A stretch of 64,000 bases of DNA from Squalus acanthias (taxonomy: Eukaryota), in NCBI GenBank assembly GCA_030390025.1, contig CM059431.1, forward strand, positions 142,292,001-142,356,000, written 5' to 3'. The notes beneath the pieces were generated by a model. The model ran no database searches. It was not told where the DNA came from and was given only the letters and a program-made list of their open reading frames with translations. Shown one piece after another: positions 62,812 through 64,000 of the stretch; position 1 is the first letter of the stretch, and each line of letters starts with the position of its first letter. The translations under genes and the position numbers were made by a program.

Positions 62812-64000
62812 GTCATAGAGTCATAGAGTTATACAGTACAGAAAGAGGCCCTTCGGCCCATCGTGTCCATGCCGGCCATGAAGCCGTGTCTATTCTAATC
62901 CCATTTTCCCGCACTTGGTCCGTAGCCTTGTATGCTATGGCGTTTCAAGTGCTCATCTAAATGCTTCTTGAATCTTGTGAGGGTTCCTGCCTCTACCACC
63001 CTTTCAGGCAGCGAGTTCCAGATTCCAACCACCCTCTGGGTGAAAAGGTTTTTTCCAGAAATCCGCTCGAAACCTCCTGACACTTACCTTGAATCTATGC
63101 CCCCTGGTTATTGACCGCTCTACTAAGGGGAATAGTTATTTTCTATCCACCCTATCTATGCCCCTCATAATTTAGTACACTTCAATCAGGTTACCCCTCA
63201 GCCTTCTCTGCTCTGACGAAAACAACCCCAGCCTATCCAGTTTTTCTTCATAGCTGAAGAGCTCCAGCCCATGTAACATCCTGGTGAATCTCCTCTACAC
63301 CCTCTCCAATGCAATCACATCGTTCCTATAGTGTAGCGACTAGAATCGCACACAGTATTCCACCTGTGGCATTACTAGCGTTCTGTACAGCTCCATCATA
63401 ACCTCCCTGATCTTATATTCTATGCCTCGACTAATGGAGGCAAGTATCCCGTATGCTTTTTTAACCACCTGATCTACCTGTCCTGCTGCCTTCACGGATC
63501 TATGTACATGCACATCAAGATCCCTCTGATCCTCTGTCCATCCTAGGGTCCGACCATTCATTGTGTATTCCCTTGCCTTGTTAGTCCTCCCAACATGCAT
63601 CACCTCACACTTTTCAGTGTTAAATTCAATTTGCCACTGTTCTGCCCATCTGACCAACCCGTCTATATCGTCCTGTAGCCTGAGGCTTCCCTACTCGCTA
63701 TTTACCACCCCACCAATTTCCGTTTCATCTGCGAGCTTACTGATCATAACTCCTACATTCATATCTAATTCATTAATGTACACTACAAACAGCAAACGAC
63801 CCAGCACCGATCCCTGCGGTACACTACTGGACACAGGCTTCCAGTCACAAAGACAAGCATCGACCATAACCCTCTGCCTCCTGCCACGAAGACAATTTTG
63901 GATCCAATGTGCCAAATTGCCCTGGATCCCATGGGCTTTTGCCTTCTTGAAGCCTTACAAAAGTCCATGTAGCCTACATCAACTGCACTACCCTCATCTA
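62812..64000 (-). mobile_element. CR1-type LINE RT to 3' end, running off the window
   Basis: SSVPQGSVLG, ISKLADET, WQIEFNTEKCEVMH, FTQRVVGIWNSLP, and a ctctatga-type tail. Confidence 0.92.

Overview
This is vertebrate genomic DNA, most likely from a cartilaginous fish (shark). That assignment is inferred from the repeat families present and the GPR139-like gene copies. The window is about two-thirds repeat-derived. It contains: (1) the first two coding exons of a minus-strand P-loop GTPase gene (dynamin/EHD/sarcalumenin-like), separated by an intron holding a ~4.7 kb 28-bp minisatellite; (2) three two-exon GPR139-like class A GPCR paralogues, one intact (11544-14057), one with an ACG start and a frameshift, and one degraded, all sharing a 3' flank; (3) a decaying tRNA cluster between ~22 and ~43.5 kb, with one near-canonical tRNA-Asn and six Glu/Val/Thr/Lys relics; (4) a tandemly triplicated ~1.6-2.2 kb unit of unknown identity; (5) many CR1/L2-group LINE fragments and SINEs, a Penelope-like element with several hammerhead-ribozyme-bearing termini, an LTR-retroelement pol relic, a Harbinger-like relic and several minisatellites. 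All calls were made by eye. Repeat boundaries are approximate and no database searches were run.
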